The notes under the pieces are model-generated. The model saw only the letters and a program-made list of their open reading frames with translations. It searched no databases and was not told the origin of the DNA. A stretch of DNA of 63,147 bases, filler included, from Globobulimina sp. (Eukaryota): the NCBI GenBank assembly GCA_003354225.1. It is 54 parts of 54 records of this genome, joined end to end, with 100 filler letters (N's around TTAATTAATTAA, not from the genome) between each part and the next. Parts side by side here need not be neighbours in the genome. Positions count along the whole stretch, not along the records: positions 23,441 to 24,512 come from PIVH01024292.1; positions 24,613 to 25,684 come from PIVH01024293.1; positions 25,785 to 26,855 come from PIVH01024294.1; positions 26,956 to 28,026 come from PIVH01024295.1; positions 28,127 to 29,197 come from PIVH01024296.1; positions 29,298 to 30,368 come from PIVH01024297.1; positions 30,469 to 31,539 come from PIVH01024298.1; positions 31,640 to 32,710 come from PIVH01024299.1; 46 more parts are not named here. The stretch is one strand, 5' to 3'. The translations under genes and the position numbers were made by a program. This document shows, in pieces, positions 23,821 to 35,152 of this stretch; position 1 is the first letter of the stretch; each line of letters starts with the position of its first letter.

Positions 23821-24024
23821 GTAATGTTACTTATTTATATATTGCACATGTACCTATACGTACATACATTTAATATTAGTATTATTAGAGTTTTAACTTT
23901 TGTATAGTGAGTAATCTGAAATTCTATTGCTAAATGAACCCTTCCATTTATTGTAGTTAGGATACATGGCCTTTTGTGTATACCCAAATGTCAAATAACA
24001 TACAAAGATATCATGCAAAATATG

Positions 24025-24143
24025 CTGAAATTCTAGCCCTTGGATATTCACGAAAAGTACTTTTCGTGAAATGTGCATAGAACTTGTGTAGGAGATATTC
24101 TTTTCGTGAAATTTTCGGGAATATCCAAGGGCTAGAATTTCAG
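24025..24143. mobile_element. MITE family C: 119 bp, 32-bp TIRs, 8-bp TSD AAAATATG
   Basis: CTGAAATTCTAGCCCTTGGATATTCACGAAAA / TTTTCGGGAATATCCAAGGGCTAGAATTTCAG (1 mismatch); AAAATATG at 24017..24024 and 24144..24151. Confidence 0.9.
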
Positions 24144-24175
24144 AAAATATGGATCATTACTAGAGTTTGCCACGC

Positions 24176-24236
24176 AATATACGTACATAGGAATATACGT
24201 ACATAGGAATATACGTACATAGGAATATACGTACAT
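24176..24236. repeat. 16-bp tandem repeat (AATATACGTACATAGG) x3.8
   Basis: Perfect copies are directly visible. Confidence 0.95.
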
Positions 24237-24282
24237 TATGACGCTATCATAATATTAAACACATATAAATACTGCTTCCTGA

Positions 24283-24512
24283 TACCATCGATTGATTTAT
24301 GGGATATGCTATATGCATATCTAAATTTTGCATATGTTGATCGCAAAGGGAAAGCGGTGTCAAGATTTTACTATCCAAACATGTACCAGCTTACTAAAAC
24401 TTAGTGAAAATGAAAACTCTTGGCTGTTATCTTGACACCGCTTTCCCTTTGCGATCAACATATGCAAAGTTTAGATATGCATATAGCATATCCCATAAAT
24501 CAATCGATGGTA
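24283..24512. repeat. Fold-back element: 84-bp inverted arms around a 62-bp spacer
   Basis: 24283..24366 matches the reverse complement of 24429..24512 with one mismatch; the right arm runs to the contig end. Confidence 0.9.
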
Positions 24513-24612
24513 NNNNNNNNNNNNNNNNNNNNNNNNNNNNNNNNNNNNNNNNNNNNTTAATTAATTAANNNNNNNNNNNNNNNNNNNNNNNNNNNNNNNN
24601 NNNNNNNNNNNN

Positions 24613-25272
24613 TTCCGCATATTGAATTGCTATTTGATCCACTGTATGATTGATAGTGCGGATTGCATCTTCATTGAAAGAATTTGGTTTAGGATTAGCA
24701 AATGGTGACGAATGAGGTTGCAATATCAATGACATTTTATTATTATTCCGATCATCTGAGTTTTGATAATAAATTAATTCATTTTCCAATGGGGATAAAT
24801 AATTTTCATAACAAATACCAACAAATATATTTCCAAAATCATCTGTTTCTACAATATGTTTATTACGATAACCACTAAAATAAAATGCTTCCAATGAACC
24901 TGGATTTTTACGGATTTTCGCGATTAAGTTTCCATTGGGATCCGTCAAAATAAATGTGTTATAAAAATGCAATCCTTCCACTTCTAAAAAGGATAAAGCA
25001 ATATAAACATGATGCTTTTTACTTTGTTGTGATAAAAATTGCAGTGTTGATCCATTTGCCAATGTTTCACCATAATCCCACAATTGAGTGCTGAATATAT
25101 ATTCATTCGGCATCAACTCAGGTAATAATATTATCTTTGCACCATTTTCTACTGCCTGTTCAATGAAAGACAAAATTGAAGCTAGGTTTTCTTTGGTAGT
25201 TTTATTTTGATCGTTATTAGTTTGAATACAAGCAACTCGTACTGTTTTGACATGCAACTTGTTGTTTTTCAT
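24613..25272 (-). CDS. Carbon-nitrogen hydrolase (nitrilase superfamily), 3'-partial
   Basis: Catalytic triad contexts LLPE, RK and GICYE, plus FYNT. Confidence 0.9.
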
Positions 25273-25555
25273 AGCTTGGAAGTTTTTGTTAGAACATGAT
25301 GCTGTTTTGATTGATCATACACAGATTACAAATCGTTGAATAAGCAAAAATACAAAAATAAACAATATGGAACATACTAGTATGTAAAATTATAAAAGAT
25401 TGGTGATTAGTATTTTTGTTCTTGTCCCATAAAAGATGTAACAAAAATGAAATAAATATTAATACTCTATGTTTGCAGTACATTCTAACACTTTCACCGG
25501 AATAGGATTGACTTTTGGATGAATTAAACATCAGTGACGCAATATCCCATCTCTG

Positions 25556-25663
25556 CACTGCAATCACAACTATTGAGCTAATTTATTGTGGTGAGCGATT
25601 TACTTCAAAAGTTGAAGTCCGATCACCACAATGAAAATTAGCTCAATAGTTGTGACTGCAGTG
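25556..25663. mobile_element. Palindromic MITE with CACTG...CAGTG termini and TG on both flanks (CMC/EnSpm-like)
   Basis: CACTGCAATCACAACTATTGAGCTAATTT pairs with AAATTAGCTCAATAGTTGTGACTGCAGTG; nearly the whole 108 bp folds. Confidence 0.75.
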
Positions 25664-25784
25664 TGTGTCTGCAGTGGATGGAGANNNNNNNNNNNNNNNN
25701 NNNNNNNNNNNNNNNNNNNNNNNNNNNNTTAATTAATTAANNNNNNNNNNNNNNNNNNNNNNNNNNNNNNNNNNNNNNNNNNNN

Positions 25785-26855
25785 GAATGTGTTGTATGGC
25801 AGTAATGGGGACGATGCGACACAGCGAGGTGGCGCCATATTTGCACATAAAACCTGTTTGCGCTCACTTATAAATAATACCTTTGTCAATAATAATGCGC
25901 AATATGGTGGGAGTGTGGCTGTAACTGCACCAGTTTCGGCAGGATCGGGGTGTATAAATAATGTGACACAAAACGTGTTTATTAATAATATCGGCCATGC
26001 TCAAACCGGCGGTATTTTAATAACGACGGCGTGGCTCGATCTGGAGAATAATTATAATATGCCAGTCAATAACGAGTTTAATATCACATTTTATGAGTAT
26101 TGGTTTGCAAATATAACGGATACACAGTGGATATTTGAAATTTATAACAATACGTTTGATGCAAATATTGGCGGCAATCATGGCGGCGCCATATTGATAT
26201 CGCCGGCGGATTTCATTGATGAAATTGTTGTAAACGCGAGCAATGAGACCATACCAGAAATAGCGTCATTTATCGGAGCAGCAAATCACTATGAAATCAA
26301 TATATTTGATAATGTATTTGTAGAGAATGAAATCAGTGATGATACGGAAGACAATTACCACGGCGGAGGCGCCATTGCGTGGCTATTGGATACTAATTCG
26401 AGTGCGACGCTCAATATTTATGATTGTACGTTTACTGGAAATCAAGGCAATTCTGGACAAGGCGGTGCGATATGGGTCAATTGTTATGATTGCAGCTTCC
26501 GACAACATTCGTTTTTATATTATTCCGCAGCGTATGATATATCGCGAGAAAATGCGTGCGAATATTGTTCGTATGAGACCTATTCGACAGATAATGTGGC
26601 GTTAAATATTTATAACTTAACATTTACGCAAAATAACGCTTCCGCGGGTGGTGCCATTGCGGTTTCATGCATTGGGAATCTACACATGTCAAACATTGCA
26701 TTTTCAGAGCACTATGCTGATTTTTACGGTGGCAGTATTTATATGCATCAATTATTAAATGTCGACATGGAACACATTATCATTACAAATACATTGACAG
26801 CGAGTGATAATTTAAATAATATCGATGCCAACAAAGCTGTCGATTCGAAAGGTGG
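25785..26855 (+). CDS. Polymorphic membrane protein (Pmp)-like beta-helix surface protein, internal fragment
   Basis: About seven FxxN...GGA(I/V) repeat pairs. Confidence 0.85.
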
Positions 26856-26955
26856 NNNNNNNNNNNNNNNNNNNNNNNNNNNNNNNNNNNNNNNNNNNNT
26901 TAATTAATTAANNNNNNNNNNNNNNNNNNNNNNNNNNNNNNNNNNNNNNNNNNNN

Positions 26956-27957
26956 TTTGTGCCGGAAGATACATTTCCTGTACACTGACCTTGTGAGTTT
27001 TGACCAAACGCCCAAACATTTGAACTGTCCGTACATAACGTATGATATCTACCGCATGCAATCTGTGTAATACTGCTCTCATTCCATTTCCCCGCAACCT
27101 CACAAGCTCGCAATACTTGCGTCTTCTTGCTAGGACTATATAAGCACAACACAGTCCAATCTACGTCATATTCACACAATTTGACTTAACTCAATCCCGC
27201 ATTGCCCATAATTATTATTTCCAAAACACCAAATCTGCCCGTTTTTAGTCAATACAGCTGTATGACTGCCACCACATTCAATTTGAATCATTTCCTTTTG
27301 CGTCAAAGACGTTATCTCCGTCGGTTTATACCGCGTTTTAGTATCACCAACACCTAACTGACCATGGTTGTTTTTTCCCCATCCGAAGATTCGATTGTAT
27401 CGAGTTCGCAATAAACAGTGCCGTTCGCCCACAGCAATCTCCATTACGGATTTATAATACACTGAGGGGATAACATTGGCCTCAAAGGAAGGCCAGCGTA
27501 CAAAATTAGCTCTGCCCAACAAACCGTCCACGTCCTTGTTGCCAAATGAATATAAGGTTCCATGTCGGGTTAAAGCTAAGGTCATGAATGAACCACAGGC
27601 AACTTGGCATATTGCAGCCTTTTCTAATTGTGGCGCTACGCGGTCTGCCTTGACAGTAAAATATTTGTGATCCACTCCGCATTGGCCATTTTCGTTGCTG
27701 CCAAACACATACAACCCGCCATATTGCAGTATGACGCCGGTATGTTTCTCACCGACAGACACAAATCGCACTGGTCTGTCTTCAAAGATTTGCAAATCTG
27801 TAGGCGTTTTTGTTTGAGAATGAGCACCATCGCCAACTGCACCATCCTCGTTGTCGCCGCATGCAGAGAGTCCAATGCAGTCGCTTTGCCACAATGTTGC
27901 ACCATTAAAATTGCCAGATATGTCATTGAAATTGAACTTTATCGTGTTTTCCGCCAC
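26956..27957 (-). CDS. RCC1-repeat protein, 3'-partial; intron 27136..27190
   Basis: Repeated ACG..HT..L...G..Y.FG.N..GQ.G units; the intron joins the two ORFs (QCGID|PSKK). Confidence 0.9.
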
Positions 27958-28126
27958 GAGACAGCTATGTTTGTTGACTGATAATTAATTGAGTCATGTT
28001 ACAGAGCATTGGTGTGAACGTACCATNNNNNNNNNNNNNNNNNNNNNNNNNNNNNNNNNNNNNNNNNNNNTTAATTAATTAANNNNNNNNNNNNNNNNNN
28101 NNNNNNNNNNNNNNNNNNNNNNNNNN

Positions 28127-29197
28127 TAATTGACTGACAATTAAGCTCGCATATTCTGCACTATTTAAGTGTATTTTGGCCATTCCAAATCGAAAACCTT
28201 TCTCATTTTCAGATATCTCAACGCCATCTACATAAAAATTACTACTATTACAAGCAATGCCATTTATATAATGTTTCTCAAACGCAACACGGTCCTCTAT
28301 AAACTGTGAAATATCGCTCTCCGTCACATCATATCTCAAATTGGTTAACAATAAAACTTTTGTCTTCCCCGCCAACTGTGGCCTTAATATATATTTTTTG
28401 GTTGGTTTGCCCCAAATAACTCTCAAAGGCCTTTCACTTAAAAGCTTACCATTCAATTTTTCCACCGCTGCATTTGTCTTCGCAAAACTGGCAAACTTAC
28501 AAAATGCATAACCAGTCGTAAATACATCCAAATGATGAAATAAATGAACATCAGCCACTTTAGAACCATTTCCAAGCTCTTTTTGTATAAATAATTTCAA
28601 AGCTTTCTCTTGAACGTCGCTGGAAATATTAAACACTGCAATTTGCTGAGTTTTGCCCTTAAACTCAATGCCATTTTGTGTATCCTTTATTTGTCGACTT
28701 CCGCCAACCATTAATTTAATACTTCGACCCAATAACATCGTATTATTCAATTTGTGTATAGCATGATTCACACATTTATAATGAATAAATTCTGCCTTTG
28801 CCTCTCCAGTGCTGTATCCACCGGCTGTTGTATGGATATTTACCTTTAATGGCTCGCCAGCAGTCGCTTTAAAAAAGCGTATAATATTTTTCTTACTCGT
28901 TTTCCAGTGCAAATTGCTCATTTTTATCACCTTAGAATTTCTATCCGCACTTTCATGCTTTGCTTTATATTTATTTGAGATGGGTTTAACAGACAATACA
29001 TTATCACCCAATGTTGCATTCAATAAATGTTGATATCCAATGGCACAAATAACTGCAGTTCGAAAAGAGAAAATGGATCTATTTGCCTTTGTATTATCGG
29101 TCAAATCAGGAAATAAATTAATATCAGCACAGTCGATACTGCATAACTCCGCCACATAATTCTTCAATTTGTCTTCATCATAATCTGAAGGGATATT
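28127..29197 (-). CDS. Multi-RRM RNA-binding protein, internal fragment
   Basis: RNP-like motifs IKMSNL/GEAKAEF, IAVFNI/GYAFCKF and LLLTNL/GMAKIHL. Confidence 0.85.
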
Positions 29198-29297
29198 NNN
29201 NNNNNNNNNNNNNNNNNNNNNNNNNNNNNNNNNNNNNNNNNTTAATTAATTAANNNNNNNNNNNNNNNNNNNNNNNNNNNNNNNNNNNNNNNNNNNN

Positions 29298-30065
29298 CGT
29301 TTTATATTGATCCAAACATAAAATATAATGAAATAAGAATATTAGCGGTCTGCAAAGTGAGGCATTCTCCTTTGATATAATTAGTTGTTGATTTATTTCA
29401 TTTGTATCATTAATATTTAATTTTTTGATAAAATGTTGAAATAACAATTTTGTGCTTAGCATAACGCCGATATAATTGCATAAATTTAATATGGATTTGC
29501 ATAATATCGCAGTTGAGATTAATACGCGAAATGTTTGTAACTGTGGATGGGACACCGAATAAAATGAGATTATCATTGCTTTGATATCGTTGGGAAAAAA
29601 TCTTTGTACGCATAATTTATAGACATTGACATTTGAATTATGAATAAAATGTGATATTATTAATTCCATTGTCAATAATCCGTGTTGTTGGGTCTTTGTG
29701 TTTGTGTTATAACGTCTGGTTCTTTGTGGTGAATGTTTTGATTTATTAAGACCTAATTTAATAATCGGTGCTAATGCACTGCCATTATAACGACTTAATC
29801 GTATAATTAATTTCGACATTTTGTCATTTAAATCGATTAATATGTCATAGGCACCAGAGTCTTGTGATAAATTACTGCTGTTATTATTGATATCAATCTC
29901 ATCGTCGCGTATTATAGCCACGTTGTCATTTATTTCTGTTTCTAATAATGGGCTATTGTCATCTGTTTGCGATGGTGGTGCCAATATTTGTTCAAAATCA
30001 TATTTTTGCTCATATGCACTGTAAATATCTGCTAAAAGAGGATCTTTTGAAGAGTTACAACCCAT
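29298..30065 (-). CDS. N-acylated (MGCNSS) hypothetical protein with the recurrent F-box-like motif
   Basis: ATG-initiated ORF open to the contig end; contains LIISHFIH...FPNDIKAMIISFY. Confidence 0.65.
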
Positions 30066-30468
30066 GTTGCTGGAAACAGAAAATGAATAAAATACAAAAT
30101 TGTACGCTAGTAAAAAGATTTTTACATCACTACTAACATTTAATACAAATCTAGAATAAACTATATATTATAAATAATCAAAATACACATTTCCATAAAT
30201 AGACCAGTCAATTTGTGAATATTTGCACATAACAACATCTTTTTAGAATGCATAGCTCAAATAACATCATTTTAGGGAAATACATTGTTTATAATTATAA
30301 AATTGATCCAATTAAAATTAACTTGACTTCAAAAATAAATTGAATAAATTGAAAAAAAAGGTATAAAGNNNNNNNNNNNNNNNNNNNNNNNNNNNNNNNN
30401 NNNNNNNNNNNNTTAATTAATTAANNNNNNNNNNNNNNNNNNNNNNNNNNNNNNNNNNNNNNNNNNNN

Positions 30469-31539
30469 AACAAAAAAACAATAGCGGCCCCAAACGTATT
30501 ACCCCCTAAAATTGAGGAAAAGAAAGAAGATAAAAGGGAATTTTCGTTCGGAGTGCGGTACAATTATTGGTCGCGAGATATGGAAGATTTGATTGGTATT
30601 AGCATCAACTGCGCAGATGCAAAATATAAGACGTTGGCAGAGGAGTTGATGGGTAATGGTTTGAGTGTGTTTGAATATGATGTGTTGTCGGAGAAGGCGG
30701 GGATTTATTTTCAGACTGAATACTGTCAGGATATCGAAGCCGGTGTCAATCCATTCGGTATTCGATTATTGGCGAAAATAACCAAACAGCATATCATGTC
30801 ATTGATGGTATATTGCAATTACAAGCAGCTCCGATGCGGTTTGTATGCGACTTATATACGACAGCCAGGCGAGAGCGATGCGGATATGATTGGGAGACAT
30901 TCTTTGTTCTATCATTTAGGCAGATTGTTGAGGGAAAGCATTGAGTGTTATGGTGTGGAGGCACATAGATCGGAGACCAAAGTATTTTATCACGGCATGG
31001 AGATGAATACGGAGATTATGAGCGACGATGGCATCAAATCGTTGTTTATTTATCCTCCATTTTCGACGACGAGTGCGATGGAGATCTGTTTGAATGAGGG
31101 ACCGGCGTTGATTATGGAACTGAAAGGTTATGTGAGTAAATATTTTGACTGTGCGTGGATCAGTGATCTATGCTTCGAAAAGGAACAAATATTTTGTGGC
31201 GGGACCCGCGCGTTGACGGTTAATAAGTGCATTGATTTGAAGTATGGGTACGATCATAAATTGTTTATAGATTCTATGAAATATATACCAAATATATTCA
31301 AGGTATGTCATGTTGCCATGATTTTGCAAGCTAAAGATGTTTTTTTTCAGTCCAGTCCAGTAAACTAAACATGATGGCAGCTTTGTTTTTTTTGTTGTCA
31401 CGACTTTAGACCAATGTCTCGGAATGGAAAATTAATAAAAATGACGACATGTTGCAAGAAACCAAAGAGATGATTCGTAATTTATTATATTACCAATTAA
31501 ACAAAGGAATAAGTGCAATGACTCAATATCCGGATAATT
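30469..31539 (+). CDS. Divergent ADP-ribosyltransferase-fold protein, family copy 1; intron 31303..31409
   Basis: FYHGM, FSTTS, LIMEL and FDCAWISDLCFEKEQIF in ART order; homologous to 50465..51446. Confidence 0.6.
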
Positions 31540-31639
31540 NNNNNNNNNNNNNNNNNNNNNNNNNNNNNNNNNNNNNNNNNNNNTTAATTAATTAANNNNN
31601 NNNNNNNNNNNNNNNNNNNNNNNNNNNNNNNNNNNNNNN

Positions 31640-32120
31640 CATCATCGACTTCATAAGTGTTGTATTCCTGGGCAAAATTGGGCATGACCCGTAGCCGATT
31701 TTCTGTTTCTGCTTTCTCGACTTGGGTTTCTGCACAAGTGTTGCTTATTTTGGAAAAATCGGGCATGACCCGTAGACAATTTGACGCTTTTTCCATTTGT
31801 CCATGACTCTGAGAACCGGCCGAAGTACCATATACTCCTGTGCCATCTCTTTCTTCTGTTGTTGCGTCTTTTCTAGACGAGTCTTTGGGAGTTGTTGATG
31901 CAGAGTCGTTCGACTCTGGGTCTTTTATCCTCTTCTGTGATGCAGAGCCTAATGACTCTGGGTCTTTTATCCATTCGATTGATGCAGAGCCTAAGGACTC
32001 TGGGTCTTTTATCCGTTTGTTTGATAACTTTTGACTTTTCTTGACTGTTCTTGATGTTTCTCCAATGAAATTCAACATACCATAGCTGCCACCAATGTTG
32101 TAGGATGAACGATTTGCCAT
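31640..32120 (-). CDS. Repeat-containing hypothetical protein (3 x IKDPESxxSAS, 2 x LRVMPxF)
   Basis: In-frame tandem repeats of about 42 bp at 31890..32015. Confidence 0.5.
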
Positions 32121-32810
32121 TGTTGTTGTAGACGAGGTTGACCAGGACTTTTGGATAAATAATATACAAATATAATAAACACAATAAAATAAGTCGTTTG
32201 CCTGGTATGGAGCCGATTCCCTAGTGTATGTAGTGTAACAAAAGGTAATAGAAAGGTTATTTACTACATAATAATAATAATAATAAGACAAGAGCAGCAC
32301 AAAAGGGAATCATAACAATCATAATCGTATCAGACTAAAAAGTAATAGTCAGCTGATAAGATGAGCAGCCTCCAAACTGGTTGCTGACATAGGCCAGTGC
32401 GTCTTGACAAGATAACGCTTTATGCAGCTACTGTGGAATTAGCCAGATAACAACAACACAATGATCCGTTGTGGTCTTTCTACAACATCCCTCCCCGCTA
32501 AGATGAAATCCAGGGGATTTGATCGATGATTACTGGATCATGGTGTTGATTTCAAGATGTTGATTTTCAGGTGTTGATTAATTACCACTTGTGTTAATTG
32601 AGCTTTTGGAACTAGATATGTACAGGAATAGCTGGGTTTATTTCCATATATAAACCTTGTCGAACCGCTTTTGTAAAGTATTTTCAGATGGGCATACTGC
32701 TATACCTTGTNNNNNNNNNNNNNNNNNNNNNNNNNNNNNNNNNNNNNNNNNNNNTTAATTAATTAANNNNNNNNNNNNNNNNNNNNNNNNNNNNNNNNNN
32801 NNNNNNNNNN

Positions 32811-33463
32811 AAAGTGCAATTGACTGTGCAGGAGTTGACCGATCAAATGTGGAGTTCGCGCAACTTTTTAGCCAATGTGAAGGCGGAAGATGGCAAATAT
32901 TTGACTGCTTCGTGCGGTTATCGCGGCCCCATCGCGACGCAGGAAGTGGACGACGAAGTGGCGAAGATCCAGCAAAAGATGGCGGATGACTTTGTGACGT
33001 GGATCCCAAACAATATCAAATCGTCCATCATCACCGTAGCACCAGAAGGCTGCACAATATCTGGGACGTTTGTGGCAAATACCACTGCCATTAAAGGTAT
33101 TTATTTAATTATTATAATATAATAAATATATACGCAAATTCGCACTAATAATTTCTATATAAATAATTTATATAAGGCGTATTTCAGAGAATCTCTGCGC
33201 AATTTGCCAAAATGTACAAAAGAAAGGCCTTTTTGCATTGGTATAAAGGCGAAGGAATGGACGAGATGGAGTTCCAAGAGGCGGACAAGAATGTTCGTGA
33301 TTTGATCACAGAGTATCAGGACAAACAGGACGCTGTCGTCGATTTGGAGGACGAGGACGACGATGAGGATGATGACGAGGATGAAGACGAGGACGAGGAT
33401 GGGGACGAGGATGCGGATGAGGATGGTGGTGATGAAGAAGAAGAGGATGAAGAAGATTTCTAA
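32811..33463 (+). CDS. TUBB2: Type-2 beta-tubulin (Foraminifera/Retaria), C-terminal part; intron 33097..33176
   Basis: [97 protein letters not shown], then a long acidic tail. Confidence 0.93.
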
Positions 33464-33675
33464 ATTTATTATTAAATACAATACAATTAAAGTGTATATT
33501 TTTTCTTTTTTATTTATTTTTGTGTCCATCTTATCTAACAGTATCTTCTTTGATTTCTTTTTAATGTCTTGGGAGTTATGCTTTTTTTTTAGTGGTTCAA
33601 ATCTAATTTTTAATTTTCAATTTTTCTGTCTGAATTACCGTCAGCACGTCAACAGCAAACGGCGTATCAAAACAT

Positions 33676-33847
33676 TTTTGGGTACCCCATGTTTTTCCTA
33701 TCAAAAAAACAATATCCTCTTCCACTGTTTTTCTCTGAAAAAACAAATAGACAAACAGTATATTTACTGTTTAACCACTACTTTTTATGTAAACACAGTG
33801 AGTTGAATATTGCTTTTTTTTATAGGCAAAACATGGGATACCCAAAA
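33676..33847. mobile_element. MITE-like element with about 40-bp imperfect TIRs
   Basis: TTTTGGGTACCCCATGTTTTTCCTAT matches the reverse complement of ATAGGCAAAACATGGGATACCCAAAA. Confidence 0.7.
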
Positions 33848-33981
33848 TAAAACAGATTTCTGGCACAGCATTCTGTGAAAANNNNNNNNNNNNNNNNNNN
33901 NNNNNNNNNNNNNNNNNNNNNNNNNTTAATTAATTAANNNNNNNNNNNNNNNNNNNNNNNNNNNNNNNNNNNNNNNNNNNN

Positions 33982-34623
33982 CAAATCAAATTGATACAAG
34001 AGAAATATATGCAAACACCATACCACATTGAGTTTGATTATCTGATGTTGATAGACCTTGATTTATTTACTTTGGATGCAAGAATGTTATTTAATGAGTT
34101 ATATTATTCCCCGACAGATATCATCTGTTCCAACGGCGTTGTTCATTTATTCGATTATATGTATGATATATTTGCAGCAGTCACCGAGGATGGCACTTGG
34201 ATGCACTCGCTTGCATTTGAGACAAAACAAAATAAAAAGCCCTTCAAAATGAGCTTCTTTCCATCACAGCGATACGAAAGAATGCGGAGTTGTTTTGGTG
34301 GCATTTCAATAATTAAATCAGTGCATAAGTTGCTGTCCACAGGTTGTAAATATCAAATTGTTACGTCAAGTGCCAGAACAATAAGTAATTTGGATGATGG
34401 CCAGTATGGATATATAATGAAGGAGCCGTCAAATGAACTGCAAGATTTGGCGGATCAGTATGAAATATGGATGAAATCAGATGAGCGGATTTGTGAACAT
34501 TTGTCATTTAATTATTGTTTAAGAGAACATGGTTACACAATAAGCATTGCCAAGAAAGCGATGGCGTATTATTCTCAAAAAAAAGTTATAATTCCCATGC
34601 AAAGCATGAGGCAGAAAAAGTGA
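33982..34623 (+). CDS. CAP59/GT69-like glycosyltransferase, C-terminal part
   Basis: DxD motif FDYLMLIDLDL, plus ICSNG, YDIFA, SCFGG and CEH. Confidence 0.7.
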   Translation, partial: QIKLIQEKYMQTPYHIEFDYLMLIDLDLFTLDARMLFNELYYSPTDIICSNGVVHLFDYMYDIFAAVTEDGTWMHSLAFETKQNKKPFKMSFFPSQRYERMRSCFGGISIIKSVHKLLSTGCKYQIVTSSARTISNLDDGQYGYIMKEPSNELQDLADQYEIWMKSDERICEHLSFNYCLREHGYTISIAKKAMAYYSQKKVIIPMQSMRQKK

Positions 34624-34655
34624 GTTGAATAAAATCTAATAATTTATCGCTTGAT

Positions 34656-35051
34656 TCATATGAGCTCATACTCATCTCCGCGCGCATAGCTTTCAACAAC
34701 AAATCTATACTTTTTGTCTCTTGCGATATGATAAGCAACACCCAAATCATTGTCGTTATGTTTGAATGATAAGGTATGCTCATTCATATCTAATATAGTT
34801 ATAATCATATCATTTTTATAAAAGTGATTGCCATAATTTTTCCATTCACTGTCATTTCTTGTTTGTCCGCTTGAATTATAGCCGTATCCATATTTTCTAT
34901 TACCAAATGTAGAAAGCGCTGCCGTCGCAACCTCAGAATTAATTATACCAATTTTGATAAAACCCTTTACTTCGTGTATATTAATTTTCCATTCATAGAT
35001 TCCAAATTCTAAATCTTGTGTTCCAAATGAACAGATATAACCTACAGCTAA
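34656..35051 (-). CDS. SPRY (B30.2) domain protein, C-terminal fragment (not in the ORF track)
   Basis: Manual translation: GIYEWKINI..IKIGII..YGY..G..YG..FYKNDMIITILDMNEHTLSFKHNDNDLGVAY..YRFVV, TGA at 34658..34656. Confidence 0.8.
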   Translation of the reverse strand, partial: LAVGYICSFGTQDLEFGIYEWKINIHEVKGFIKIGIINSEVATAALSTFGNRKYGYGYNSSGQTRNDSEWKNYGNHFYKNDMIITILDMNEHTLSFKHNDNDLGVAYHIARDKKYRFVVESYARGDEYELI

Positions 35052-35152
35052 TNNNNNNNNNNNNNNNNNNNNNNNNNNNNNNNNNNNNNNNNNNNNTTAA
35101 TTAATTAANNNNNNNNNNNNNNNNNNNNNNNNNNNNNNNNNNNNNNNNNNNN

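Noticed and set aside
27136-27190. Programmed frameshifts between split ORFs (also at 7335, 19209, 21193, 33097, 45863, 52072)
   Set aside because: Each is resolved by a short GT-AG intron that restores the frame and the motif.
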